From positions 124,001-188,000 of the forward strand of contig JALMLS010000556.1 of the NCBI GenBank assembly GCA_038496445.1: 64,000 nucleotides of DNA, read 5' to 3'. This stretch comes from Trichosphaerium sp. ATCC 40318 (taxonomy: Eukaryota > Protista > Tubulinea). This document shows, piece by piece, positions 51,393 to 62,664 of this stretch. The position numbers and the translations under genes are program-made. The stretch's first letter is position 1. Each line of letters starts with the position of its first letter. The notes below the pieces were generated by a model. It saw only the letters and a list, made by a program, of their open reading frames with translations, ran no database searches and was not told where the DNA came from.

Positions 51393-51995
51393 ATGCAATC
51401 ATCTATCTTTAACAAACTTTGCAAGACCGCTACAAAAAGCAGAAAAAGAATCAGTCGAACAGGCATCAAAACAGTCTCATATAACAAGAAATACGAAAAC
51501 AATGCCCTCAGACGAAATCAAAGACAATCAAAACGTAGTTGTCGTAAAAGGCGCCCAAAATCGCTTAAACGCGTAAAGTCCAAGTGCTACGTTATGCACT
51601 GGCACAAAGATCATGGTTGTTTGCCAGTTTGCGAGGACGAAGAGAGAGAACGAATTCTCAGATCAATCAATGAGAGATTTCAAGTGCTTGGCGACAAAAC
51701 GCATCAACAGCTAGACTTGGACCTTTCAGCACTTGAATGGAAGATTGTAGAGAGCAAAGAGGAACATTTCATGAAATTACTAGAGTTTGAAGTACGCGGT
51801 GCTTCAAAGGAACTCTCTGGTATGGCAATGTGCGACTATGAGGTAGAGTGGTACATTAAGCGAGTGTGTTGGCGAATCACTCAATACGGTCCATTCCCAC
51901 CTTCTGAATTGTTCCCAATTCATGCTAAGCTACCATACGAAGATTATATAGAAGAAGTAGCAACAACGTATTTATTAAAAGACATAATTTTGTAA
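51393..51995 (+). CDS. Hypothetical protein, 'GPxP' paralog family (intronless)
   Basis: 200-aa ORF with a Lys/Arg-rich N-half and the shared C-terminal domain. Confidence 0.7.
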   Translation: MQSSIFNKLCKTATKSRKRISRTGIKTVSYNKKYENNALRRNQRQSKRSCRKRRPKSLKRVKSKCYVMHWHKDHGCLPVCEDEERERILRSINERFQVLGDKTHQQLDLDLSALEWKIVESKEEHFMKLLEFEVRGASKELSGMAMCDYEVEWYIKRVCWRITQYGPFPPSELFPIHAKLPYEDYIEEVATTYLLKDIIL

Positions 51996-52461
51996 CTACT
52001 TGTGTTATTTGCTTTGTGAGGTTGGTTACGCGTAGAATGTGGTGTTTATGGCATCTACTTGTAGATACAAAAACTACAAAATGAGTTGCATTCTACAAGT
52101 TGCACAAGTATCAATCTAGTGGTATAAAAATAACTCCAAGCTACAGTTAAACCGTCTATCTGTTCTCAACAGACAGAATCAGATTGACGAATTTGTCAAT
52201 CTACATTCTTGCCCGAAATTCGTTTTTGGACAAAAATAACAACAACAAGAACGACTCTTTGCTTCTCGGTAAATGAAGACATTGTCTCGTACATGCTCAA
52301 TGAATTCATTGCAACACCGGTTCAAACCCACCGCTTTTGAACCGGCACCTTTAGAATACGCTGAAAGCCATCCTGTACTCTTTAATAGGCCTATAGTAAC
52401 ATGGCAGCAGTAAGTACAAACTCAACGAGATAACCTTCTTTCGCTCTTTTCTTTGAGTTAG

Positions 52462-52728
52462 TCATCTAATCACTTCGCTATTAGAATAGAAAGGCGTACT
52501 GACCATATAGTGAAGGTCATAGCGTTAATTCTGATTGACTACATGGAAACCATAAACGGAGAGATTAGATTGAAAAACTGTCCTCTTGCTTTACAAGCAC
52601 GTGCTTATAGTGTTGTTATATCTAGAGGGCCGTTTCCTCCTGTGAGGTACTTTTCACAGTTTGTACTATGCGCGTACAAGAATTATATTGAAGAAATGGG
52701 TTTTAACCCTGCAGTGGCAGGATTTTAA
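52462..52728 (+). CDS. 'GPxP' family C-terminal domain (terminal exon or pseudogene)
   Basis: Open frame after a TAG at 52459-52461: ...DHIVKVIALILIDYM...SRGPFPPVRYF...YKNYIEE. No in-frame ATG precedes the domain. Confidence 0.55.
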   Translation, partial: SSNHFAIRIERRTDHIVKVIALILIDYMETINGEIRLKNCPLALQARAYSVVISRGPFPPVRYFSQFVLCAYKNYIEEMGFNPAVAGF

Positions 52729-53141
52729 CTTGACCGCACTGTATTGTTCATAAGGACAATGTATACTAGAAAAAATAAACTGCAAAGGGCAAAAAATCAC
52801 TCTACTCGATAATAATTTTTCAGATTGATGAGTTTCGCTCAAAGAATACTTTGCGCATACATTGAGCGTATTTTTGTACCTTGCAGTTTTTTGTTGCAAC
52901 TGCAAGTTTTTGGTGCTAGAAATCTATCGATGGCTTATTTGGCCTTACTGGAGACTCAATCTCGCAAATATCAATCTTGCAAAACCTATCAGATGGTGAT
53001 TCATGAAAGGCGAATTTGGTGGGTAAATTCAAGATTGATCAAGATTGATAATGCCGTTTCGTTAGACGGCCAAATCAGGCATTAATTCTTGCCGCCCACA
53101 CACTAACAACACTTCTCAACAATACACAAACACATATCACA

Positions 53142-53672
53142 ATGTTTAAAGCCTTATGCAACTCTTTGTTTTCTTCTAAATCAAAAACAGTTTGTGAAGC
53201 GCCAAAGCGCAAACAAACAGTCGCCTTTCATGTAGAGGCGCTCAAAGAAACCAGAGGAACCAATAATCAGTTTGGAATAGAACAATATCAATCAGACTCA
53301 AAACGAATTTCGCCTAAACGACCTAAGAAACACCAAAGGCACAACGCAGACATTATTGCGGAACCAATACACGAAGTTACCGTTGTCGTACCAGAAGATA
53401 GACAGATTGATTCCCTCGAGTGGAGTTCTCTCAAAGACCAAGCACAACACATTGTAGACCTCCTGGGGTTTGTTCTAGGCGACTACCTGGAGTCAGAAGA
53501 ACTTGATGAAGACGGTTGCCTATGTTTCATGCCTGTCACAGAAGAAATTGTCGACGCTGCTTACGCTTTCGTATACAAGTATGGTCCATATCCTAATGTA
53601 AAACTATTGCCAAAGGTCTCTCAAACGCGATACATAAAATTTTTGAACAACAAACAACCACACACGCAGTAA
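53142..53672 (+). CDS. Hypothetical protein, 'GPxP' paralog family (intronless)
   Basis: 176-aa ORF containing SLEW...QHIVDLLGFVLGDYL...YKYGPYP...RYIKF. Confidence 0.7.
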   Translation: MFKALCNSLFSSKSKTVCEAPKRKQTVAFHVEALKETRGTNNQFGIEQYQSDSKRISPKRPKKHQRHNADIIAEPIHEVTVVVPEDRQIDSLEWSSLKDQAQHIVDLLGFVLGDYLESEELDEDGCLCFMPVTEEIVDAAYAFVYKYGPYPNVKLLPKVSQTRYIKFLNNKQPHTQ

Positions 53673-54394
53673 GCCAACAGGGCTACACTGTTAAAAAAAA
53701 AATGTCACAAAAAAAAATAAAACACCTTGTATTTCTATCAATACGCCTACAAATCACTCAAGAAGTGCCATTAATCAATCTCGTTAGTGATTCAATTTTC
53801 TTTTTTTTTTGATTGAAAACAAGCTTCATTGTTTGCGCTGAATAGGCGAAGTTCGAGCTTGAAACCATTATAGAAGTAGTTTAGGGCGTGTACAGTGGAT
53901 AGAGAGATATCTTTCGCAATAAAATAACAGCGACTTGTTTTTATTCCCGCAGGCTCGCCTATGACGCGCTTAGACGTCAACGGCCTGAGTAGGCAAAAAA
54001 CTTTTTGAGTTGAAATGTATCTAGTTAATTGTCAATACATTCACTGCTAAATGTCTGAGCCGCCACTTGTAAGCGTCACACAGAATTTTAGCGCCAACTT
54101 ATTGTTTGGGCTGAAAATGGTTCTACTCACGCAAAGACGCTCATCTGTAGATATAGCGCTTTGTTTAAATCAAATACTACCTTTGACCACTACACAATAC
54201 AATTGCCAAACGCTTGTGCTTAAACAACAGCTACCCCTGTAACCGCTTTTGTGAAGGTTTGTACCAAAAACGTACGTAAACATGCTGTGCTTCGTGCGAA
54301 GCATATTTTCGCTTGAACTACTCGTGCAATATGCGTGTGGTTGTAGCAGCTCATAAGACGCTCAAACATTCATTTTTGTATGTAGGTCACCACA

Positions 54395-56228
54395 ATGTTG
54401 TCGCGAGCTATGCGATTCTCTCACAGAGCGCACCAAGTGCAGCTCCGCACTCGCACAAAGCGAAAAATTACCGTTATCGCTCCTAAAGTCCAAATACATC
54501 AGTACGGCACATTAAGCGAAGAGTTGAACGAATGGCTTGATTTCTATTGTATTGAGCCAATGCAAGCGGAGACTTTCGTTCAAAATCTTCTCGCAAGCGC
54601 GTATGCAGATGATCCATTACCAGAAAACGACGCACAGGTACATATACGATTAATTGCAAGCTGTTGATTTTAAATATTATGAATTTCACTTTAACCGCGT
54701 ATTTACCTACCAAGGCTTTTATTTGAGCGTAGAAACTCTATATTAAAGCATAAAAAATTCTTTTCACGCTATTGTAGCCAAAAAAAAACGTGTGACTTCA
54801 CCTTTTTAGATTTTGAATTCACTCATCTTAGGCTTACTTGACGCGTGAATATGTTACACCTCATCTAAAAGATCTAACTGATTATGTCACAGACTTACGT
54901 AAAGATTACGATAATAAGGTTTATGCTAACTACGGCACGTGGCGAAGCAAAAAGAAGGAAATAGCAAATGCTTCAAAAACATTTTTCAGTTTTTTTTGTA
55001 AATCCTGATTTGTGAACTTGTTGCTCATCGTTCGGCTTAGGTATTAACCCTGAGTTACGTACTTCATCAACAGAACCAACTCCTTACGGACGTACAAATC
55101 CTCAGGATTACCCTATTGGCCACTGTAACATGATCAGAGACGGCATGTTTACTGCTCTTGAGCATTCACAACCGATTACAGATCTCACATCAAAGGGTGT
55201 TGTTTTTAAGAAAATTTTCATCATCCTTAACAATGAGTACTTCCAAAATGCTATACAAATAGGTGACCTTTACCTTGATGTTGCAAATGATACAGTAGAT
55301 CCAAAGAAGCCTCAGATTGAAGTAGAGCCTCTTAAAGAGGTTAACTTTAAAAAGATTGAAAGTTTTGATCGATGTTTTGATGTTTCTGAGAAATACTTGA
55401 ATGCTAAGCTTTACCCAAATCTGTTGTTTCCTATGGTTGCACCTATGTACCCAATGTTTGCTATAGATGAAGAAGGAGTCATAAGATTGATGAATACATG
55501 TCAAGTGGCAAGCTTAAAGAGTATGGTTCAAAATTATGAACCTGTTCTTGGGTTCTTGGAAAATTCCGAGTTTATGGATAGGACTCTTCCTGAAGAGTAT
55601 GTTGATATTATTCAAGATTGGCATGAAGAGCAAGAGAATCCTAATGATATTGCTGCATTCAGTTTAGAAGATGATAGAGATAGTATTGTTGATTTCATTG
55701 TTGAAGATTTACAAGAACGTGGTGAACAACAAAGTATTTATGATAATGTCATTCACTCAGTTGCAACTAATACGTACGTTAAAAATACCTTACATTACCA
55801 CAGTATTTTTCCAAAAAACCCTCAACTTCATGTGTAGTGCCTATAGTGTTAACAATAGCGCAGTAACTCAGTTTGTTTGTTTTTTGAAGCCGGAAACTGA
55901 ATTTTGTTCTTTGTTGTCTTTTGTAGAGATCTTTGAGACCTCTCCTTTTTAATTAAAAATGTTTATTTTTTTACTTTTGTCAAAAAGTGAATGGCTTATC
56001 AAATCTTGAAAAGGTGTCTTGTTCAAGAGTCTACCAAGTTTTTTTTTTTTGAGATAAAATTATTGTCTTCAAGTTTGTTGATGTCTTTGTTTTAATAGGG
56101 CTGCTCAACTTAATGAAGCAGGTTTATTACCTGATATTGATACTGTAGATAAACTACGCGATGAGGGTATAATACCTCAATCAAGACAAAAACCAGAATT
56201 TCAAGAAGTATTCGAGGTTGTTGAATGA
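54395..56228 (+). CDS. Hypothetical protein with mitochondrial-type presequence and a putative Cys-dependent catalytic domain
   Basis: MLSRAMRFSHR... presequence. Spliced exons give YPIGHCNMIRD...YFQNAIQIGDLYLDVANDTVDPKKP. Confidence 0.7.
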
Positions 56229-56640
56229 AAAATAAATAAAACTCTGTAAAAATCTTTGTTGTACAATTTATATGAATACAGCAGCGGCTATTGAGACTAC
56301 CAGTGGAAGTATCACACCTGATTCACATCATATCAAGGTAAAAAACGACTTAATTCCTACACGAGAGTGTCTAAGGCAGTCTATCGACTAGATGTTGTTA
56401 TTGCTTGTACTGGTTACAAATCTGCTAATTCTGTCAACAAGTTTACAAAAATATTCTTGTTTTATTCCTAAATAACAAGTATATAACGTAGTGTAAATGC
56501 AAAAAATGTTGTTTGGCATTTGGAACAAAGTATTTAGGCTCAACAGGACACAAGGGCCAACCAAATATACCTTATCTAAATCGTGCAAAGAGTTGAAAAA
56601 CCAAAAAGGTGCGAAATAAGTTACAAGTTTTTTTACTTGA

Positions 56641-58801
56641 TCACTTTACATACTCCGCGTTTGGTATTGTTGACCCAGATATCATTTCAGATTCACCTTT
56701 GAGTATAGACACAACCTATCAATAGAGATTAATTGATAATCAAGCACAAAAAAAAAAGTTTCAGATTTTTCTAATAATTTTGTAGAGAGTTGTTCTTATT
56801 TCTTATTTGCCTTTTCACGGATTGAATCATAACTTGGTTCTCCTTTATAGAAACCAAAGGTAGAATGTCTTCCGCCCACATAGTATCCATCGAGATGAAA
56901 ACATCTTTCACCTTCGCCTACCATACCTAACTCTACTTGCATTGCGTTTGTCATATCGTATGAGCCTAAAAATCTAAACGTCAGTATTACGAACTAAGTA
57001 CTAACTAAATCCAAAAATGTGCGCTTGTTTAAACTTATACATACTAATGTACACACTAAAGAACAAAAAAACAAATACACTAGAATCTGAGAAACAACAC
57101 GTGTTGGCTTGAAGTAAAGTTGTTTTTTGTAAAAAAAGAAAACAGCAATCGATTTTCTGAGTGGTACTGATGTGAATTGGGAAACTAGTGCACTGATCAG
57201 AGTATGTATTACCTAGTGAAATCCTGTATTTTTGTCTCTGGTTCTCTGTTACTATCCAAGCATATTTAATCTTGTTTGGACCTTGTTTCATAATATCAAA
57301 GAATTCATACACAAGAACTAACTCATTTTCTCCGTTCTTCATCTGTTCTCTACAGTATTTTGGACTGTTGACCTAATTAGAAGACCATTAGCACCAGAGC
57401 TTCACATATTATATCTCAGACACGCGTTGAGGTAGTATGCACTGCTTCACACAACAAAGAAATGAAGAAAGCAAAAAACAAATAAAATCACGTGTACCTT
57501 TCCAGCAGTGTATAAATCAAAGATTTTAACTTTCCACTCGTCCCTCTCTTTAACTTTACCTAGTTTTTGGTACAACTGTATAATTTTTGCAACAGCATTC
57601 CAGTCTGATGGATTAATCTCAACCACTTTTAAAAAAGCCTCTACAGCTTCATTTGGTTTATCATTTGTTTGGTACGTCTAATGTTATTCAATTATGTAAT
57701 GTGTAAGATATCATGTATGTTTACATACCGTCCCCAAGTTGTACCATGCGTTTAGGTACCTAATGTTCACGTTTAGATATCAGACAAAATAAATTATCGT
57801 GAAAATAAAAAAAGTTGTTGTGAAACGTTTTCCATTCAGGTCTTGTTGGAACTCCCAAAAAATGAGCGCAGTGCTCAACATTTACTAGATTCTTCACTTT
57901 TTTTGGTGGTCACGTGATTGAAAAAAGTGAATTGTTTTTAGCCGTACTTAGGATCTATTTCAGCTGCTTTTTTCCAGTTCTCAATAGCTCCTTCTGTATC
58001 CTTTTTTGAGGCACAGCAAGAAGCGATACCATAGAAGGCACCTAATGACGACATTGTTAGTAATCAACAAGCAGACTTTGAGGCAAAGTCATAAAAAAAA
58101 AATTAGACGCAAAACAATTGAGTTCTCACTCTTCTCTTTGGGATCTACAGCGATAGCTTTCTTAAAAGATTCCGTTGCTTTATCGTAGTCCTTTAAACCA
58201 TGTTGTAGGACCTACTTATCATTAAATAAAGCTGTGTTATACCTTTTAAAGTGACATACAAGGCCGGCTTGGAGTAGGTATGTTGAGTTATTTGGATCAA
58301 GTTCAGTAGCTTTCTGTAAGCATTCAAGTGCCTTGGTATGTTCGTTGGCGTATCTACAAGACTAGTTTACAAACACAACCAAAACAGGAGTAACTTCCGA
58401 AGTGGCGCAATTTATTTGAAAAAGAGGCAACCTCTTTGCATACCTATGAATCATTCCTTGCCAGTGATAGCTCTCTGGGACCTTGATATTGTTTTTTATT
58501 GATTTTCCAAACAGTACGTATGCTTCAGCGTCTCTAGATCCTAAAAAGTACGCCTTTTTGCTTGTTACGATGTTGAGAAATGATTTTAAACGGTTTTTTT
58601 TCGTACCCTTGCCAAAATGTAGTCAGAGAGGCTGGGCTCATCTCTTTTCTTTGTTTCTAGCGATTCAGTTATCTTAGCAAGCCCTAACTTTGTTTCTACT
58701 TGTTGAGGGTTCAAAGCTAATTTTTCTAGCATCTCTAGCGTTTCTTCGAGTTCTGTGTTAGTATCAGCCATGTTTTGAGTTGTTGTAGCTGTGTTACCCA
58801 T
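56641..58801 (-). CDS. TPR-repeat protein with N-myristoylation-like start and a distinct C-terminal domain
   Basis: MGNTAT start. TPR units (ALECLQKATELDP, SFKKAIAVDP, AIENWKKAAEIDP, AWYNLG, AFLKVVEINP). C-terminal RCFHLDGYYVGGRHSTFGFYKGEPSYD. Confidence 0.8.
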
Positions 58802-59231
58802 GTGCTAGCGCTTCATTATTCCTTAATTTGGCAACAACCTTTAAGGACAACCTCGGCTCTTCCAAGTTTATGTTAACTCCTGATAGATGCTATGTACTGT
58901 ATCTTGGGGTGCCTTCAGAGGATGAAATAGTAAGATCTACAAAACATAGATGTACGTGAACATTGACGTCAAAGCTGTTTTCTCTACTGCCTGCCTTTGC
59001 ACTCTTGAAGTGCTAAGTATCCTTGGTTGGATTGTATAGACACGTAGATTCCTTTATGAAACTGGCAATCTCTGTCCGTATCTAAACGGCGAAAAAAAAC
59101 AGAATCAAAACTGGAAAAAAGTACAAAGAATTACATCATCAAATTTATGTTTGTAAGTTGAATCGGCTACATTTTAGCTGGGTAAGTCAAGAATCTTTCT
59201 ATTTGACTAAGCCAAGTCACGTTACTACCAT

Positions 59232-60180
59232 CTATAAGCGAAATACAAGCAGCAGGTACCTAACAATACCCAATGCCACTACAAAATAAATTGACAATCC
59301 TTTTTGGTGTATATCATTCAGAAAATAGCCATGCTTCAATAATTGGCCATTTCTATGCCACTCCTTACACTCACCTTCCATCTTGCCATTGACGTGATTG
59401 TACTGACTTCGTATTTGACCATTCTGATACCAATTCTCACATGTACCTTGTTTCTGACCATTGACATAATAATATCTATCTCTGATTTGACCACGGTAGT
59501 ACCACCGCTTAAACTCTCCATCAAGAACACCGTTGACATAATGGTAATGACCCCAAAGATAACTGTTTTTATGCCACATCTTGTACTCTCCTTCTAGCTT
59601 ACCATTGACATAAAACGAGTGCTCCCACAAGCTGCCGTCATCATACCACTGTTTTTGTTCTCCGTGTTTCTTGTCATTGACATAATGACAACGTATCCAC
59701 TGTTGACCATTTTTATACCAACAATTGTATTCTCCTTCTTTCTTACCATCAATAAAATGACACCTCTCATACATATGATGCTCGTTGTGCCACTGCAAGT
59801 ACTCTCCATTCCGTGTACCATTGGAATACGAGCATTGCAGTTGTAACCGTCCATTTGCGAACCACTTCTTGTGCTCTCCGTGTTGCTTACCATGCTTCCA
59901 AGACTTGAACTCAACTAGGTTTGTATCGGTACTTGACGTGCTTTTTTTAAGCCACTTTCCATGTTTTTTTAAGTCACGATTGAATCTTGTGCTTGTTGCT
60001 GTTTCTCTTGATAACATTGGATATTTTAAATACACTTCAAAGTCTAAATCAGTAATATCAAGATGTAGCTCAACAGGAAGTAGGAACAGCGGAGGGTTGT
60101 ATATTTCTTTTGAGGTATTTGTCTATTAACGTTAGTTTTTGTTTCTTTTTACAGGAAGGTACTTTTTGGTTTAACTCCAT
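59232..60180 (-). CDS. F-box-like + MORN-variant (YwqK/MORN_2) repeat protein
   Basis: About 8 repeats of 24 aa (YxNGxxxGExxxWYxNGQ). A 40-nt intron (60123-60162, gtacct..ctaac..tag) links ATG 60180 to ...NPPLFLLPVELHLDI. Confidence 0.8.
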
Positions 60181-60526
60181 GAGGGCATTAACGAAAATAG
60201 CGTATTAGCAGTTAACCGTGTTGAATTACTATTTAATTTATGTATTTGACACAAACGTATAGCTTTTAAGAAGCGCTGTGCACGTGGTTTAGGTAAATGA
60301 CTCTTTTATGACTGTCTATCAAAAAAAAATGCCACGGACAATGTACACTAGAAACGATTTGTTGTGAATTATACAGACGATCAACATTTATCTCGCCCTA
60401 GCCATTCAACTACCGATCCGTACAAGAAGATTTGCCAAAGAACGCCCCACAACTAAACTAGTTGTGGGTTTTTTTCAGACAATCAGACTGTCTAACAACT
60501 GGTTTTCATTAACGATACAAAACTTT

Positions 60527-62331
60527 TTATTCCATTGTAGGCACACCACCTGTAGATACTAGGTACTTTGTCAAGTCAACTCCTAGCGACTTGAGCTGTT
60601 TCAAAAACTCCAAATCTTTTTTTGCTGACTCTTCTTTTGTAGTTTCCAAGTGCTTTAAAAACTCTCTATGCTTTTGAGCCTAAAACCAAATATCAAAAAA
60701 AGAACACCAGAAATAAATCTATACGTACCTCAAGCTCCATAGATAGTTTTTCGATATCAATTTTATGTTTCGCTTCTTCGGCATGTAATTTATTTTCGTT
60801 AGCCGCACGTGCTTGTTCTGCATCAAGCTAAAAATTACACATTAAAAAAATGTTCAAGTTGCAATAGTTTTGTCGTACCTTAAGATCAAGGTGTTGTTGG
60901 TGATGCTTGTCCTTGTCTTCTTGAAGAAGAAGAAGAGCACGTCTTTTAATGCCTTCATCGACCATTTGCTGTAAAGCTTTACCTGCCTGAAACCCTTTAA
61001 AGACAACTTTATGTACATGGTATCCAATATCTTTTGCCATATCAAGCATCTCTTTATAAGTATTTATATCATTAAGAGACTCCGTCATGCTTTTAAATTT
61101 CTTAAATTCAACTTTTGCAACAGCTTGAATAATGTCTGAAGCAATAGCATTAGATAGGTCTGAAATCGGGTCACCAGATGCATCAATCATCCTTAATACA
61201 TCTATTATTATCAATAGTTAGCACAATGTTAACAAAAAACTCAGGGTGCTTGCCATTGATTTGAAAAAATACTCTCAGGTTGATGTTAAGAAGTGCGTCG
61301 TCTGCTGTTCTAACATACTCAACATCTACGTCCATGGTATCTGGTGTAGTCATGAGCTTTGAAAAAGCTTGGCTAGTACAAGTTTAGCAAACAACAGTTG
61401 TCAAAAAAGAATCCAAAAGAACTGAGTGACTTTTGTTGTGTTGTACCCTTTATTCCAATTGAATTTGTGCATCCAAGAATTAGGTTCTGGTACATAGAAA
61501 AGAGGGCCTTTTATTATCTTTCTCTCAACTTCCTTCTTAGCGGTTTGGTAGTAGACAATTACAGACTGCGGAAGAAAGCTGTTACAAAACAGAAAAAAGG
61601 GAGAATACTGTACCTCGTTCTGATTGATTGGGATCTTCTTTGTAACCGTTATAAGCTTGTGCTCAGATGGATCAAGCCAAATAGCATGTGGTCCTGGTAT
61701 TATTTCCTTTGTACCATCTTGGTATTCTACAGTAATGTAGTCATCAGGCGTGGCAACTTGATGACGCTGAAATAGCAGTTAACAAAAACCGCGTAATTTC
61801 GGTTACTTACCAAAAATATGTACTCTGACTTGTATAAGGTGACGCACTTAGGTCCTGAGACGATAGAGAATGTACCTATAGACAGTTTTAAGTAAATACG
61901 GTAATTTGTTTACATAACCGCGTCTAAACGACTCTATAAGTTTCTTGACGCGTAAAGCGTACCTTCAGAGTCCCACACGCCAATTTTTTTGCCTTGATCA
62001 ACTTTTACGGTACTCCAGTACACATACTTACGTAGGTGCTGCTGATCAGATCTCAAACGCGCCACTGGCGATTGTGTTATTGTTTTTGTTGCTTTTTGCT
62101 AGCAACGTGTTAAAAAACCCAATTTACCTTCTAATTGGTACTTACGTGCCAATGAGTTACTGCTTTCGTTGTTTGTTGGCAAGATTCCAAGGTGTCAGTT
62201 AAAGGAAGTATCTCTTCTTTCAATTGTGGTATATAGCGCATAGGTTGCCTATTACTATACTGTTGCTGTTGTTGAAGTGGATAAAGTTCCAAGGACTCAT
62301 TTTGGTCTATACTTGAGTAGTTGAACGACAT
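60527..62331 (-). CDS. Major-vault-protein-like repeat / SPFH (band 7) domain protein
   Basis: Vault-like repeats (YITVEYQDGTKEIIPGP, GLVVD...KGPLFYVP), VRTADDALLNINLRVFFQI, an SPFH helix and a C-terminal coiled coil. Confidence 0.65.
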
Positions 62332-62664
62332 GGTAACCAACGGTTGTGGTGTTGAATGTCAACGTGGCTTTAAGTGCTGAAACTCGTTAAAACAATTCAG
62401 AGAACTGACAACCAGTTGATCTGTAAGTGAAAGAAACGAGGCTCTAGACAAGATTGAAATCAATGTTTTTTGATACATACAAAATAAAGTTGTTGGTTTT
62501 TCAAATAAACTATTGCAGTGCGTTTCGTTACTCTTTGTACTAATGCAAAAGGGTACGAAATACTCTTTTTTTTTATGTGTTACATACATAGTTTTGATTG
62601 ATGATAACCTTCGAAAATGTCTTCGTTTATTTTTTTTTTCGGTTTTCAAAATTCCAAAATAAAA

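Noticed and set aside
62145-62149. Additional GCACGT donor in the MVP-like gene
   Set aside because: The overlapping GTAAGT donor at 62145 gives the phase needed by the next exon.
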